Positions 1 to 9,422 of a stretch of DNA of 64,000 nucleotides are shown one piece after another (the stretch's first letter is position 1; every line of letters begins with the position of its first letter). The notes beneath the pieces were generated by a model. The model was not told the origin of the DNA. It ran no database searches and saw only the letters and a program-made list of their open reading frames with translations. A program made the translations under genes and the position numbers. Source of the stretch: an uncultured Clostridia bacterium. Its GTDB lineage: Bacteria; Bacillota; Clostridia; TANB77; CAG-508. Where the stretch lies: NCBI GenBank assembly GCA_947623285.1, contig CANQGP010000005.1:68757-132756 (forward strand). Reading direction: 5' to 3'.

Positions 1-716
1 ACTGTACATTCAAATACGTGATGAATTGGTAATACAGATAATAAAACATCATCTGAATTTACATCTAATATTGAACCTATATCCATTAAATTAGAGCATA
101 TATTTTTGTGTGATAATGCTACTATTTTAGGCTCTGACGTAGTTCCTGATGTAAATAGCATTATACTCATTTTTTCTGGTTCTATTGTTGCATCTAAAAA
201 TTCTGTATTTCCTTTTTCTATCAATTCTTTTCCTTCTTCTATTAATTCCTTTTGAGAGTATATTCCATCTGCATTTTGTTCTAAGTCCATTGATATTAAA
301 TGTTTTAACTTACCTACTCCGCTATTTCTGAATTTTTCTAGACTTTCCACATATTTTTCTGAGCAAAAAATTGCTTCTACTTCTGATTTTTTTATTAAAT
401 TTTTTAATTCATTTTCTGTTAAAGCTTTATCTAATGGGACTACAATTCCTGTTCCACATACTATTGATAAATATGCTATTTCCCATTCATATCTATTTTC
501 TCCGATTACTGCAATTCTTTTATCTTTTAGTCCTAGTTCTATTAATGAAGTTCCTAATGCATTTATCATATCTCTTACTTCTTTATGTGTAAAAGTTATA
601 TATTCCCCATCTTTTTTTATTTTATATGCTTTCTTGTCTCCATATTGTTTTCCTGTTTTTTCTAACATGTCTTTCAAATCTGTAATTTCTAAATAATCAT
701 AAATTCTTTTGTCCAT
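1..716 (-). CDS. AMP-dependent acyl-CoA synthetase/ligase (long-chain-fatty-acid--CoA ligase-like), N-terminal ~238 codons; the 3' end lies outside the window
   Basis: Not in the ORF track because it runs off the window edge. My reverse-strand translation from the ATG at 716-714 gives MDKRIYDYLEITDLKDMLEKTGKQYGDKKAYK...MLFTSGTTSEPKIVALSHKN. It contains the adenylate-forming TSGTTxxPK motif. A GGAGG RBS (complement of 724-728) sits 7 nt upstream. Confidence 0.75.
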   Translation of the reverse strand, partial: MDKRIYDYLEITDLKDMLEKTGKQYGDKKAYKIKKDGEYITFTHKEVRDMINALGTSLIELGLKDKRIAVIGENRYEWEIAYLSIVCGTGIVVPLDKALTENELKNLIKKSEVEAIFCSEKYVESLEKFRNSGVGKLKHLISMDLEQNADGIYSQKELIEEGKELIEKGNTEFLDATIEPEKMSIMLFTSGTTSEPKIVALSHKNICSNLMDIGSILDVNSDDVLLSVLPIHHVFECT

Positions 717-842
717 TATTAATCCTCCCTAAGACATAAATCTGCTGTATTTATTTTCAATTTTTTATTTGTTACAATATACACTATAACATATATTTTT
801 AAAAAAGTAACTTTAACTGACCTTTCGGTTTAAAACTATTTA

Positions 843-3461
843 TCATTTCATTTTTTCTTTAATTCTTACGAGTGTATTCATTGCATCTATTGGTGTTAGT
901 TCATTTAAATTGATTTTATCTAACTCATGTGCAATTTCTGCAAGTTTGTAATTAAACATATCGAATTGTCCTGCCACTTGTTTTTTATCTTGCTTTGTAT
1001 CTTTTTTGTCTTTGAAAACACTTTTTCTTTCTAGAGTTCTAAGTATTTCGTTTGCTCTTTTTGTGACTGCTTTCGGAACTCCTGCTAAGCGTGCAACGTG
1101 AACCCCATAACTTTCGTCTGTTCCACCACGTTCTATTTTTCTTAAAAAGATTATGTCTTCGCCTTTTTCTTTTACTGCTATAGAATAATTTTTTACACCT
1201 TCTAGTTTATCTTCTAATTCTGTTAACTCGTGGTAATGTGTTGCAAATAAAGTTTTTGCTCCACATTTTTCTTTATTTGCTATAAACTCTGCTACTGCCC
1301 ATGCAATCGACAATCCATCATATGTAGAAGTTCCTCTTCCTATTTCATCTAATATTACTAAGCTATTGCTTGTTGCTTCTTTAAGTATTGATGATACTTC
1401 CATCATTTCTACCATAAATGTACTTTGTCCCATGCTCAAATCATCTGAAGCTCCTACTCTTGTAAAGATTTTATCTACTACACCTATTGTTGCCTTCTCA
1501 GCTGGTACAAAGCTTCCCACTTGTGCCATTAAAGTTATTAGGGCAACTTGTCTCATATATGTTGATTTTCCTGCCATATTAGGTCCTGTTATTATTGATA
1601 ATCTATTTTCTTCTTTGTCTAAATATGTATCGTTTTCTACAAATTCTCCTGGTCCTAACATTTTTTCAATTACTGGATGTCTTCCATTTTTTATATCAAT
1701 TGTTCCATAATTATTTACTTCTGGCATACAGTAATTCATATCTTCTGCAACTTGTGCAAATGATGTTAATACATCTAAAGTTGAAACTATTTCGCTTGTT
1801 TTTTGCAGACGTTTAATATTATCTGCTATTTCTTCTCTTATTTTTGTGAATTCATTATATTCTAAATTTACTACTTTTTCTTCTGCTCCCAGAATTTCAT
1901 TTTCTAGATTTTTTAATTCTTCTGTTATATATCTTTCAGCATTTGTTAATGTTTGTTTTCTTACAAAATAATCTGGTACTTGGTCCAAATATGATTTTGT
2001 TACTTCTAAATAATATCCAAATACTTTGTTAAATCCTATTTTTAGATTCTTTATTCCCGTTTTTTCTTTCTCTTCCGCTTCTAACTTTATAATCCAGTTT
2101 TTGCCTTCTGTTGTAGCTTTTTTTAGCCTGTCTATCTCTTCATGATAGCCAAGTTTAATAATTCCACCTTCTTTTATTGTCATTGGTGGGTCATCTATTA
2201 TTGATTTTTCGATTAATTCATATATGTCTTGTAATTCATCTAAATTTTCATATAGATCTTTTAATAATTCTGACTTACATTCCTTTAATGAATTCTTTAC
2301 ATCTGGTAATTTATATAGTGAATTTTTTAAAGTAATCATGTCTCTCGCATTTGCATTACCATATGTCATTTTTCCTGCTAGACGTTCTATATCGTAAACC
2401 TTTTTCAAATTGTCAATTATATCTCCTCTTAGCATTAAACTTTCTTTTAATTCTTTTACTGCATTCAACCTTTTATTTATTTCTAAGGAATCTATAAGTG
2501 GGTCACTTATCCATCTTGCAAGCATTCTTCCTCCCATTGAAGTACTTGTTTTATCTAATACCCATAACAAAGTTCCTTTTTTTGTTTTATCACGCATTTT
2601 TTCTGTTATTTCCAAGTTTCTTCTTGCGTTAATATCTAATGCCATATATTTTTCTGTGCTATATATTTTTATTTTGTTGATATGTTCTAAACTTGTTTTT
2701 TGTGTTTGAGAAATATATTCAATTAATGCATTTATTGAATTTATTGCTAATGCTTTCTCACTTAAATTTGTTATTTCTTTGTCATTGTTATTTACTATTG
2801 TCATTGTTTTAGTTATTTCATTTGGTTCATCCTTAAAATATTCATCATTAAATTTTGTTACATATACTTCAAAACGTTCTTTTATTTTTTTCATTTCTTC
2901 TGTTGAATCTGCCATCATAGAATTTATTACTATTTCAGATGGAGTATATTTTGCCATTTCATCAAGTAATTGTGCAAAATTATTTTCTTGTTTTATTTCA
3001 CTACTTAAAAATTCTCCTGTTGAAATATCACAAATACTTATACCAAAATAAATTCCTGCTTTATATATTGACATTATATAATTATTTTTTCTTTCCTCTA
3101 GCATATTACTTTCAATAATTGTTCCTGGAGTTACAACTCTTATAACTCCTCTTTTTACTATGCCTTTAGTCTTTTTAGGGTCTTCTAACTGTTCACATAT
3201 AGCAACTTTGTAGCCTTTTGCAATCAATCTTGATATATATATTTCGGCAGCATGATAAGGTATCCCACACATAGGAGCCCTTTCTTCTTTTCCACAATCT
3301 TTCCCTGTTAGTGTAAGCTCTAATTCTCTTGATGCCAAAATTGCATCATCAAAAAACATTTCATAAAAATCGCCTAAACGATAAAATAAAATGCTATCTT
3401 TATATTTTTCTTTTGTTTCAAGATATTTTTGCATCATTGGTGAATATTCTTCTTTTGCCAT
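843..3461 (-). CDS. mutS: DNA mismatch repair protein MutS
   Basis: 872 aa. N-terminus MMQKYLETKEKYKDSILFYRLGDFYEMFFDDA, Walker A GPNMAGKST, and DEIGRGTSTYDG. GGAGG RBS upstream. Confidence 0.95.
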   Translation of the reverse strand: MAKEEYSPMMQKYLETKEKYKDSILFYRLGDFYEMFFDDAILASRELELTLTGKDCGKEERAPMCGIPYHAAEIYISRLIAKGYKVAICEQLEDPKKTKGIVKRGVIRVVTPGTIIESNMLEERKNNYIMSIYKAGIYFGISICDISTGEFLSSEIKQENNFAQLLDEMAKYTPSEIVINSMMADSTEEMKKIKERFEVYVTKFNDEYFKDEPNEITKTMTIVNNNDKEITNLSEKALAINSINALIEYISQTQKTSLEHINKIKIYSTEKYMALDINARRNLEITEKMRDKTKKGTLLWVLDKTSTSMGGRMLARWISDPLIDSLEINKRLNAVKELKESLMLRGDIIDNLKKVYDIERLAGKMTYGNANARDMITLKNSLYKLPDVKNSLKECKSELLKDLYENLDELQDIYELIEKSIIDDPPMTIKEGGIIKLGYHEEIDRLKKATTEGKNWIIKLEAEEKEKTGIKNLKIGFNKVFGYYLEVTKSYLDQVPDYFVRKQTLTNAERYITEELKNLENEILGAEEKVVNLEYNEFTKIREEIADNIKRLQKTSEIVSTLDVLTSFAQVAEDMNYCMPEVNNYGTIDIKNGRHPVIEKMLGPGEFVENDTYLDKEENRLSIITGPNMAGKSTYMRQVALITLMAQVGSFVPAEKATIGVVDKIFTRVGASDDLSMGQSTFMVEMMEVSSILKEATSNSLVILDEIGRGTSTYDGLSIAWAVAEFIANKEKCGAKTLFATHYHELTELEDKLEGVKNYSIAVKEKGEDIIFLRKIERGGTDESYGVHVARLAGVPKAVTKRANEILRTLERKSVFKDKKDTKQDKKQVAGQFDMFNYKLAEIAHELDKINLNELTPIDAMNTLVRIKEKMK

Positions 3462-3500
3462 TTTTTCCTCCTTTTGTTTGAAAGATAATCAGCATCTTTT

Positions 3501-4916
3501 TCAAACTTGTTTTCCTCTTAAATACCACATATGTTCTGAAACTATCTTTAGATTTATTATCTCATTAATTAAATCATCTTTTCCTTCGAATATAACAACT
3601 TTGTTGCTGTCAGTTCTACCTGTTAACATATTTTCATTGTTTTTACTTTTTCCTTCTACTAATACTTTTTGAATAGTATTTATATATTTTTGATTGTTTT
3701 CAGCTATTTGACTTTCTACTAATTCTTTTAACCTATTGAAACGTTTATGTTTTATTTCATCTGGAATTTGTTTTTCCATTTTATCTCCTGGTGTTCCTAT
3801 TCTTCTTGAATAAATAAACATATATACTTGTTCAAAATGTACTTTTTTCACTACATCTAATGTATCTTCAAAATCCTCTTCTGTTTCACCAGGGAAACCT
3901 ACTATAATGTCTGTTGATAGTGTTAAATTTGGTATTCTTGTTTTCATTTTTTCTACCAAATTCAAATATTGTTGTTTTGTATATTTTCTATTCATTACTC
4001 TTAATACTTCTGTACTTCCTGATTGAAGTGGCAAATGTATTAATTTACATACTTTATCACATTTTGCAATTTGCTCTATTACATCATCTGTAAAATCTTT
4101 TGGATGTGGAGATACAAAACGAATTCTTTCTATTCCATCCACTTTATTTATCGCATGCAACAATGTTGCAAAAGAATTTATACCTTCATATTCTTCAAAT
4201 TGTATGTTGTTTTCTCTTTCAACTCTCAAATATGAATTAACATTTTGCCCAAGTAAAGTTATTTCTTTGTATCCTTGTTTTGCAAGCTCTTTTATTTCCT
4301 CCATTATGTCTTTTGGCATTCTACTTCTTTCACGTCCACGTACATATGGAACTATGCAATAACTACAAAAATTATTGCAACCATTCATTATAGTAACAGA
4401 TGCTTTTACACTACTATCTCTTTTTATTGGCAATCCCTCATACACTTTTCCTTCTATATCTAAAATGTCTGTTAATTTATTTTTTTCTTCTATTACTCTA
4501 TATAAATCTTCAGGAAATTTATGTAATGTATGTGTTCCAAATAACATATCAACAAATGGATAACTTTCTTTTATTTTTCTAGTTATATGCTTCTCTTGCA
4601 TCATACATCCACCAATTGCAACAATTGTTCCTCTTTTTTCTTTTAAATGCTTTAATTCTCCTAGCTTCCCAAAAAGCCTATCCTCCGCATTTTCTCTAAC
4701 GCAACATGTGTTGATAACTGCTAGGTCAACTTCTTCTGGATTTGTAGCTTTTACATATCCCATTTGCTCTATCATTCCACATAGTTTTTCTGAATCATTT
4801 TCGTTTTGTTGACATCCCATTGTTAATATGCTATATGTTAGCTTTTTATCTTTATTTAATTCTTTTACTTTTTCTATATATTGTTTTTGTTGTTCTATTT
4901 CTTTTGATATTTTCAA
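3501..4916 (-). CDS. miaB: tRNA (N6-isopentenyl-adenosine-37) methylthiotransferase MiaB (radical SAM)
   Basis: 471 aa. UPF0004 N-domain (TMGCQQNENDSE), radical-SAM CxxxCxxC (CNNFCSYC) and a C-terminal TRAM-like region. Classic position upstream of mutS. The start codon is TTG (complement of 4914-4916), preceded by AAGGAA. Confidence 0.85.
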   Translation of the reverse strand: MKISKEIEQQKQYIEKVKELNKDKKLTYSILTMGCQQNENDSEKLCGMIEQMGYVKATNPEEVDLAVINTCCVRENAEDRLFGKLGELKHLKEKRGTIVAIGGCMMQEKHITRKIKESYPFVDMLFGTHTLHKFPEDLYRVIEEKNKLTDILDIEGKVYEGLPIKRDSSVKASVTIMNGCNNFCSYCIVPYVRGRERSRMPKDIMEEIKELAKQGYKEITLLGQNVNSYLRVERENNIQFEEYEGINSFATLLHAINKVDGIERIRFVSPHPKDFTDDVIEQIAKCDKVCKLIHLPLQSGSTEVLRVMNRKYTKQQYLNLVEKMKTRIPNLTLSTDIIVGFPGETEEDFEDTLDVVKKVHFEQVYMFIYSRRIGTPGDKMEKQIPDEIKHKRFNRLKELVESQIAENNQKYINTIQKVLVEGKSKNNENMLTGRTDSNKVVIFEGKDDLINEIINLKIVSEHMWYLRGKQV

Positions 4917-4932
4917 TTTATAACATTTCCTT

Positions 4933-5108
4933 ATAATAAATTTAGGTTTTTTAAGGTTTTACCTATAAACCTCTGCTTACTTTATTTTTAATAACAAATT
5001 CAGGTTTTTATTAAGCTTTTTCCTATAATTTTTTATTATTCTTATCTTTAATAGCAAATTTAATTTTATTAAGCTTTTTTCTATAAACTTTTATTTTCTT
5101 TATACTTA
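4933..5108. repeat. three degenerate head-to-tail repeats of ~58-60 bp in the miaB / 5269-gene divergent intergenic region
   Basis: Units at 4933-4990, 4991-5050 and 5051-~5108 share the frame ATARCAAATTYAGGTTTTTATTAAGCTTTTTCCTATAA..TTTTATT..CTTA.CTTTA. Confidence 0.7.
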
Positions 5109-5268
5109 GCTATTTTATTACATTTTTCAACATTTTGCAAGGTTTATTTTTTATTGTAAAATATAATAATGTTTGTATATAAAATTTTTTAAATTTAATT
5201 TTAATTTATACTTTTATCTTTTCAATTTTAATGTTATAATTTAGTTAGATTTACAAAGGAGAAAAATA

Positions 5269-5961
5269 ATGAAATTTTTTAAAAATTTATTACATTCAAA
5301 AATACCAAAGAGTCCTATAAAAGATCCATTTGCACATTTAGTTTGTCAAAGAGCTAAACTTGAAGGTGTTAAATTAGATAATAATTTTGAATATTTAGAA
5401 GAGTTATCTGCAAAAAATCTTTTAAGGTTAAATAAAAAATTTAAATACAGTGAAGATTTAATAAAATTGTGGGCTATGTTAGATATGCGTAAATATTTAG
5501 AATGTTTTTTTGAATTAACTGTCAATCCTTATGTTGAAAACATTCCTGCTAAAGATTTAGATCATTACTTAAGTTTACCCGCAAAATATCACACTATTTT
5601 AGATATTAAATTAATAGATAAATTTAAAATTCAAGACACAACTTTTAAAAAAACATACTTTGTTACTTATGAGATAAAGGATGAACTTTATAATGTGTAT
5701 TGTCCTTATGTTGAAGTATTTACTAAAAATGAAGATGGATCCTTTTCATTACTGGGTTATGGATATGATACTAATTATAATGATACTGTAGAATTATTTA
5801 TTAAAAACTTTAATTATGCAGTTCTCCTTTCTGCTGATGGCTATATAAAATTACCATTAAAAAATACTAAAATAAAATTACATGTTTATGATATATTGAC
5901 TTCACTTAAAGTTAAGAGTTTATTTAATAATTTAACTTCAGAAGATATTGAAATAAATTGA
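5269..5961 (+). CDS. hypothetical cytoplasmic protein (230 aa), no family recognised
   Basis: Clean ORF with an AAGGAG RBS 8 nt upstream (5253-5258). No signal peptide or TM segment. Followed by a hairpin at 5965-5994. Confidence 0.6.
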   Translation: MKFFKNLLHSKIPKSPIKDPFAHLVCQRAKLEGVKLDNNFEYLEELSAKNLLRLNKKFKYSEDLIKLWAMLDMRKYLECFFELTVNPYVENIPAKDLDHYLSLPAKYHTILDIKLIDKFKIQDTTFKKTYFVTYEIKDELYNVYCPYVEVFTKNEDGSFSLLGYGYDTNYNDTVELFIKNFNYAVLLSADGYIKLPLKNTKIKLHVYDILTSLKVKSLFNNLTSEDIEIN

Positions 5962-5964
5962 TAT

Positions 5965-5994
5965 AAATTTGCCACCTTTTAAGATGGCAAATTT
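5965..5994. terminator. hairpin AAATTTGCCA-N10-TGGCAAATTT, candidate bidirectional terminator
   Basis: 10-bp perfect inverted repeat directly after the stop codon at 5959-5961. A/T runs are built into both arms. Confidence 0.5.
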
Positions 5995-6070
5995 ATTGCT
6001 TAGATAATTTTTAATCATATCCGCACAGTGGGTGGCTGTTGTTTCACTTTACAAAGCTAAACCATAATTA

Positions 6071-6112
6071 AAATCCCAAATTATTAAATTTTTATTTAAT
6101 AACTTGGGATTT
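6071..6112 (-). terminator. rpmE terminator hairpin
   Basis: AAATCCCAAATTATTAAA / TTTAATAACTTGGGATTT. An 18-bp stem with one mismatch, 7 nt downstream of the rpmE stop. Confidence 0.6.
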
Positions 6113-6118
6113 ATTGTT

Positions 6119-6319
6119 TTATGCAAGTCCGTATTTTTTCTTAAATCTATCAGCTCTACCACCAACTGTTTCTTGTCTTAAGTTTCCTGTCCAATATGGG
6201 TGGCATTTTGAACATACGTCTACTTTCATATCTTTTTTTGTTGATCCAACTTTTAAAACATTTCCACATGCACATGTTATTGTTGTATCATTATATTCTG
6301 GTTGTATATCTTTTTTCAT
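6119..6319 (-). CDS. rpmE: 50S ribosomal protein L31 (Zn-binding type A)
   Basis: 66 aa: MKKDIQPEY...CACGN...CSKCHPYWTG...GRADRFKKKYG. Confidence 0.95.
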   Translation of the reverse strand: MKKDIQPEYNDTTITCACGNVLKVGSTKKDMKVDVCSKCHPYWTGNLRQETVGGRADRFKKKYGLA

Positions 6320-6396
6320 TTAAGTTCACCTCTTTCTCCATTTACATAATTTGACTGTCATTTATCATAACATATTTTACAAATTTATTCAAGTAC

Positions 6397-6549
6397 TTAT
6401 TTATTTTTTTCTTCTTGGTATACATATTTGGCAGATGTCAACATTTCTTTATCCAAAGACATTTTATTTATAAGCTTGCCCATAACATTAAAGACACATG
6501 CTATTATTAAAATTAATAAACCTATCTTTTTCCAATGTTTTGCTAACAT
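6397..6549 (-). CDS. possible 50-aa small membrane protein (below the ORF-track length cut-off)
   Basis: My translation: MLAKHWKKIGLLILIIACVFNVMGKLINKMSLDKEMLTSAKYVYQEEKNK. One hydrophobic helix. GGAGAA lies 7 nt upstream of the ATG (complement of 6547-6549). Confidence 0.35.
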   Translation of the reverse strand: MLAKHWKKIGLLILIIACVFNVMGKLINKMSLDKEMLTSAKYVYQEEKNK

Positions 6550-6685
6550 TCACAATTCTCCTTTTACTTAAACTATATATAATTATACTTTTTTTTATCA
6601 TAAAAGTCAAGTGATTATTTTCTTTATTTTAGGTAATAATATTTTTAAGCAATATTTATATTTTTTGAAAGGACTAAATTTTAAA

Positions 6686-7366
6686 ATGAAGAAAAATAAA
6701 AATAAATCTATTTTATGGGCCACAATTTTAATTATTGGATTTATAGCATTTGGATTTTTTATTTGGAATACATATAATAAACCGTATTCTTCAGATAATT
6801 ATAACGCAGAAAGAACTTCATATGAAAACAGCTCCGAAAATAGCACTAACTCACCTAGTACAGATGATTCAACTCCATCTCCTTCTCCTTCTCCAGTTAT
6901 AACAGAAGAACCTTTAAGTTCTTTTGGAACAAAAATTTATAACAAAGATTCTGCAAGGCAAAACAATATTAATATTACGTGTCAAGCATTAAATGAGACA
7001 ATTGTTACAAATGGCAATACCTTTTCATTTTGCAATACTATAGGTCCTGCAACTTCTGATAAAGGTTATCAAAAAGCTGATATTTTTGATAGGAATGGAA
7101 ATAAGAAAAAAGGTCTTGGTGGTGGTAATTGTCAAATCAGTTCTACTTTATATAATGCTGTACTTGTAGTGCCAAATTTAGTTGTTACTGAAAGACATCA
7201 ACATAGTAATAAAGTTCCATATATTCAAAGTGGAAAAGATGCTGCTGTGGCTTATGGCAGTTATGATTTTAAATTTGTCAATCAGACTGGAAATGATATA
7301 AAAATATTAGCTTCTAGTGATGGAAATTCTGTAAATATTGAAATTAATAAATTAGTTCAGTCATAA
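6686..7366 (+). CDS. VanW family protein (membrane-anchored)
   Basis: VanW-type core: GNTFSFCNTIGPATSDKGYQKADIF...GGGNCQISSTLYNAVL...ERHQHS..VPYIQSGKDAAVAYGSYDFKFVN. I chose the ATG at 6686 (MKKNKNKSILWATILIIGF, an N-terminal TM helix) rather than the RBS-less GTG at 6611. Confidence 0.75.
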   Translation: MKKNKNKSILWATILIIGFIAFGFFIWNTYNKPYSSDNYNAERTSYENSSENSTNSPSTDDSTPSPSPSPVITEEPLSSFGTKIYNKDSARQNNINITCQALNETIVTNGNTFSFCNTIGPATSDKGYQKADIFDRNGNKKKGLGGGNCQISSTLYNAVLVVPNLVVTERHQHSNKVPYIQSGKDAAVAYGSYDFKFVNQTGNDIKILASSDGNSVNIEINKLVQS

Positions 7367-7379
7367 GGACAAAATTTTA

Positions 7380-7415
7380 GGGTAGTACTAAATTAAAAAG
7401 TACTACCCTTTTTTT
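7380..7415 (+). terminator. rho-independent terminator of the VanW gene
   Basis: GGGTAGTACT-N9-AGTACTACCC followed by TTTTTTT. Confidence 0.8.
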
Positions 7416-7457
7416 GACATCCCTATATTAAGTTTGTCAAATTATATGTATTAATCA

Positions 7458-9236
7458 CTAATCTGCAATATTTAGATTATTAAAACCAGTTAAATTTATA
7501 CTTTTCCCTGCTACATCAGAATAGTTGATTTGCACTTTATCACCTTCTCTTGTAACAGGTAACTCCTCTGATATCAAATAAGACGCAATGTATAGGCTTG
7601 ACATATTATTATCTAGAATCAGATAATAATATGTGTTACCATTCTCTATATTATTACTTATTCTTGTGACAGTTCCTACTTTTTCATTGTCGCTTAACTC
7701 ACTAGAAAAATCTACTTTTCTTCCACTAGCATTTACAGAATTAATATAATCTTTTTTTGTTTCTAAAATAGTATCTCCTACTTCAACAATACTATAATCC
7801 TCAATGTTAATCATAGCATATTGTTTTACTAATCCTGCATCATCCTTCAATGTACAGAAATATGTAGGTATTCCTGATATGTTGAGTGGAATGGGAGTTG
7901 TGGCAGAAAAATGCATATTTTGCACTTTTCCTTCTGCACTTGACATTGCTGAAGTTTCAGTTGCACCGACCATGCGATACATCTTCGCTTCTTTTGTCCT
8001 TGTGTTTATCAGAGCAAAGCCCACGGTTCCATTATCAGCTCCAACGGATGATAATCCTGTATAATAATAGCAATTACCATCATTATAAACAGTTGTTATG
8101 TGTTCCGTTACTGAGAGTTCATCTTTATTAGAAAGGTTCATGGGTCCATGAACAAATTTCCCATAATTTTCTAATTGATTTCTTATGAACTCTTCCGGCT
8201 GAATAATGTCTATCCATTCCGGTGCATCCTCTATGCTATATTCTTTGCACTCTCCATTTTTAGGATTACAAACAATTACTCCAGTTGCTTCTGGGGTAGA
8301 CCAAAGTATTGTATTTTCATATGTTGTTATAACCCAAAATGGATTGCCATTATCATCCAATTCAAAGGAAAATTCTGTTAATCCTTGGGTAAGAAAACCA
8401 CTAAGCCTAATGTGTCTTCTTAAATCATCCATAAAAAAGGCACTGTCTAAAAACTTTATTTTTTCATCAACCAGTTCTACATCATTAGGGTTTGTAGCAC
8501 TAACTTTTATAAAACCAGGAGTTCCTTCTTGATTGTTTAACCATTTAAAGAAACCTCTATGTTCCAATGGTGCTACATACATTAGCTCGCCGTTAACAGC
8601 TTGCTTGTTGGTGTATTGACCAACTTCAGCTTGAGAACCCAATGCTAATTGTTCTCCTAATTTTTTGTCTCCTATAACATCAGCTAATGCTATATCCACA
8701 ATTGGAATTTGAGTATTGTCAATTTCTACAATATCTTCAGTGAAAGATTTTTGTTCTATATTTCCAATTTGATTATACATTTTATTTGAGTTAAACCAAC
8801 TGGAACTTATAAATCCTCCTAGCATGACTGTTATAAAAAACAATAACATTAATATTATAAAGCTATCTGTGTTAAAATTTTCAAAATCTTCAATAGATCG
8901 TTTTACCTTTATTATAAATATTATAACAACACTTATACCTATTATCGCATATAGTGAAGACCATAGTGGCGACCGTGTAGGAATTAATGATAAAAGTAAT
9001 ATTATAATGTCTTCTAAAAGTATCTCTCCAACCCATTTCCACACTTCTATATGTATACCTTCTTTTATATATGTCCACCACATCTCAACTATTAGTACCA
9101 ATAGTAATAGTCCTGTGATTATATATACATAACCAGATATGAATCCCAAACTCAAAGGTGGCAAAAAAGCTAGATAAATTATTATATACAATGCCATTAT
9201 TCCTACAGTATTTGATATTGCTCTAATCAATTTCAA
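7458..9236 (-). CDS. polytopic membrane protein with a large (~430 aa) extracytoplasmic domain, family not recognised
   Basis: 592 aa. About 5 hydrophobic helices in the first ~160 aa, then a soluble Cys-containing domain. TTG start (complement of 9234-9236) with GGAGG 4 nt upstream. Lies directly downstream of, and co-oriented with, the giant ORF. Confidence 0.7.
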   Translation of the reverse strand: MKLIRAISNTVGIMALYIIIYLAFLPPLSLGFISGYVYIITGLLLLVLIVEMWWTYIKEGIHIEVWKWVGEILLEDIIILLLSLIPTRSPLWSSLYAIIGISVVIIFIIKVKRSIEDFENFNTDSFIILMLLFFITVMLGGFISSSWFNSNKMYNQIGNIEQKSFTEDIVEIDNTQIPIVDIALADVIGDKKLGEQLALGSQAEVGQYTNKQAVNGELMYVAPLEHRGFFKWLNNQEGTPGFIKVSATNPNDVELVDEKIKFLDSAFFMDDLRRHIRLSGFLTQGLTEFSFELDDNGNPFWVITTYENTILWSTPEATGVIVCNPKNGECKEYSIEDAPEWIDIIQPEEFIRNQLENYGKFVHGPMNLSNKDELSVTEHITTVYNDGNCYYYTGLSSVGADNGTVGFALINTRTKEAKMYRMVGATETSAMSSAEGKVQNMHFSATTPIPLNISGIPTYFCTLKDDAGLVKQYAMINIEDYSIVEVGDTILETKKDYINSVNASGRKVDFSSELSDNEKVGTVTRISNNIENGNTYYYLILDNNMSSLYIASYLISEELPVTREGDKVQINYSDVAGKSINLTGFNNLNIAD

Positions 9237-9357
9237 TGTACCTCCATATTGTACTAAATCTCATATTGATTAACACATATAATAAATATAAAATTACTGT
9301 TTTCTATTATATCAATATTTTTTAGTGAAGTCAAGTTATGTAACCTTAGCAACGTTC

Positions 9358-9397
9358 AAAGGAGCCTCAACATATAAAAATATGCTTTAGCTCCTTT
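9358..9397 (-). terminator. imperfect long hairpin downstream of the giant ORF (possible terminator)
   Basis: AAAGGAGC...GCTCCTTT outer stem with an inner AGCATAT/ATATGTT pairing, 26 nt after the stop. Only a weak T tract follows. Confidence 0.4.
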
Positions 9398-9422
9398 TAC
9401 AAATTAAATTTTATTTTCAAAC

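Noticed and set aside
4933-5108. Possible CRISPR array or mobile-element terminal repeats.
   Set aside because: There are only three directly abutting, degenerate, AT-rich units, with no repeat-spacer alternation, no cas genes and no transposase. It is treated as a plain tandem repeat.
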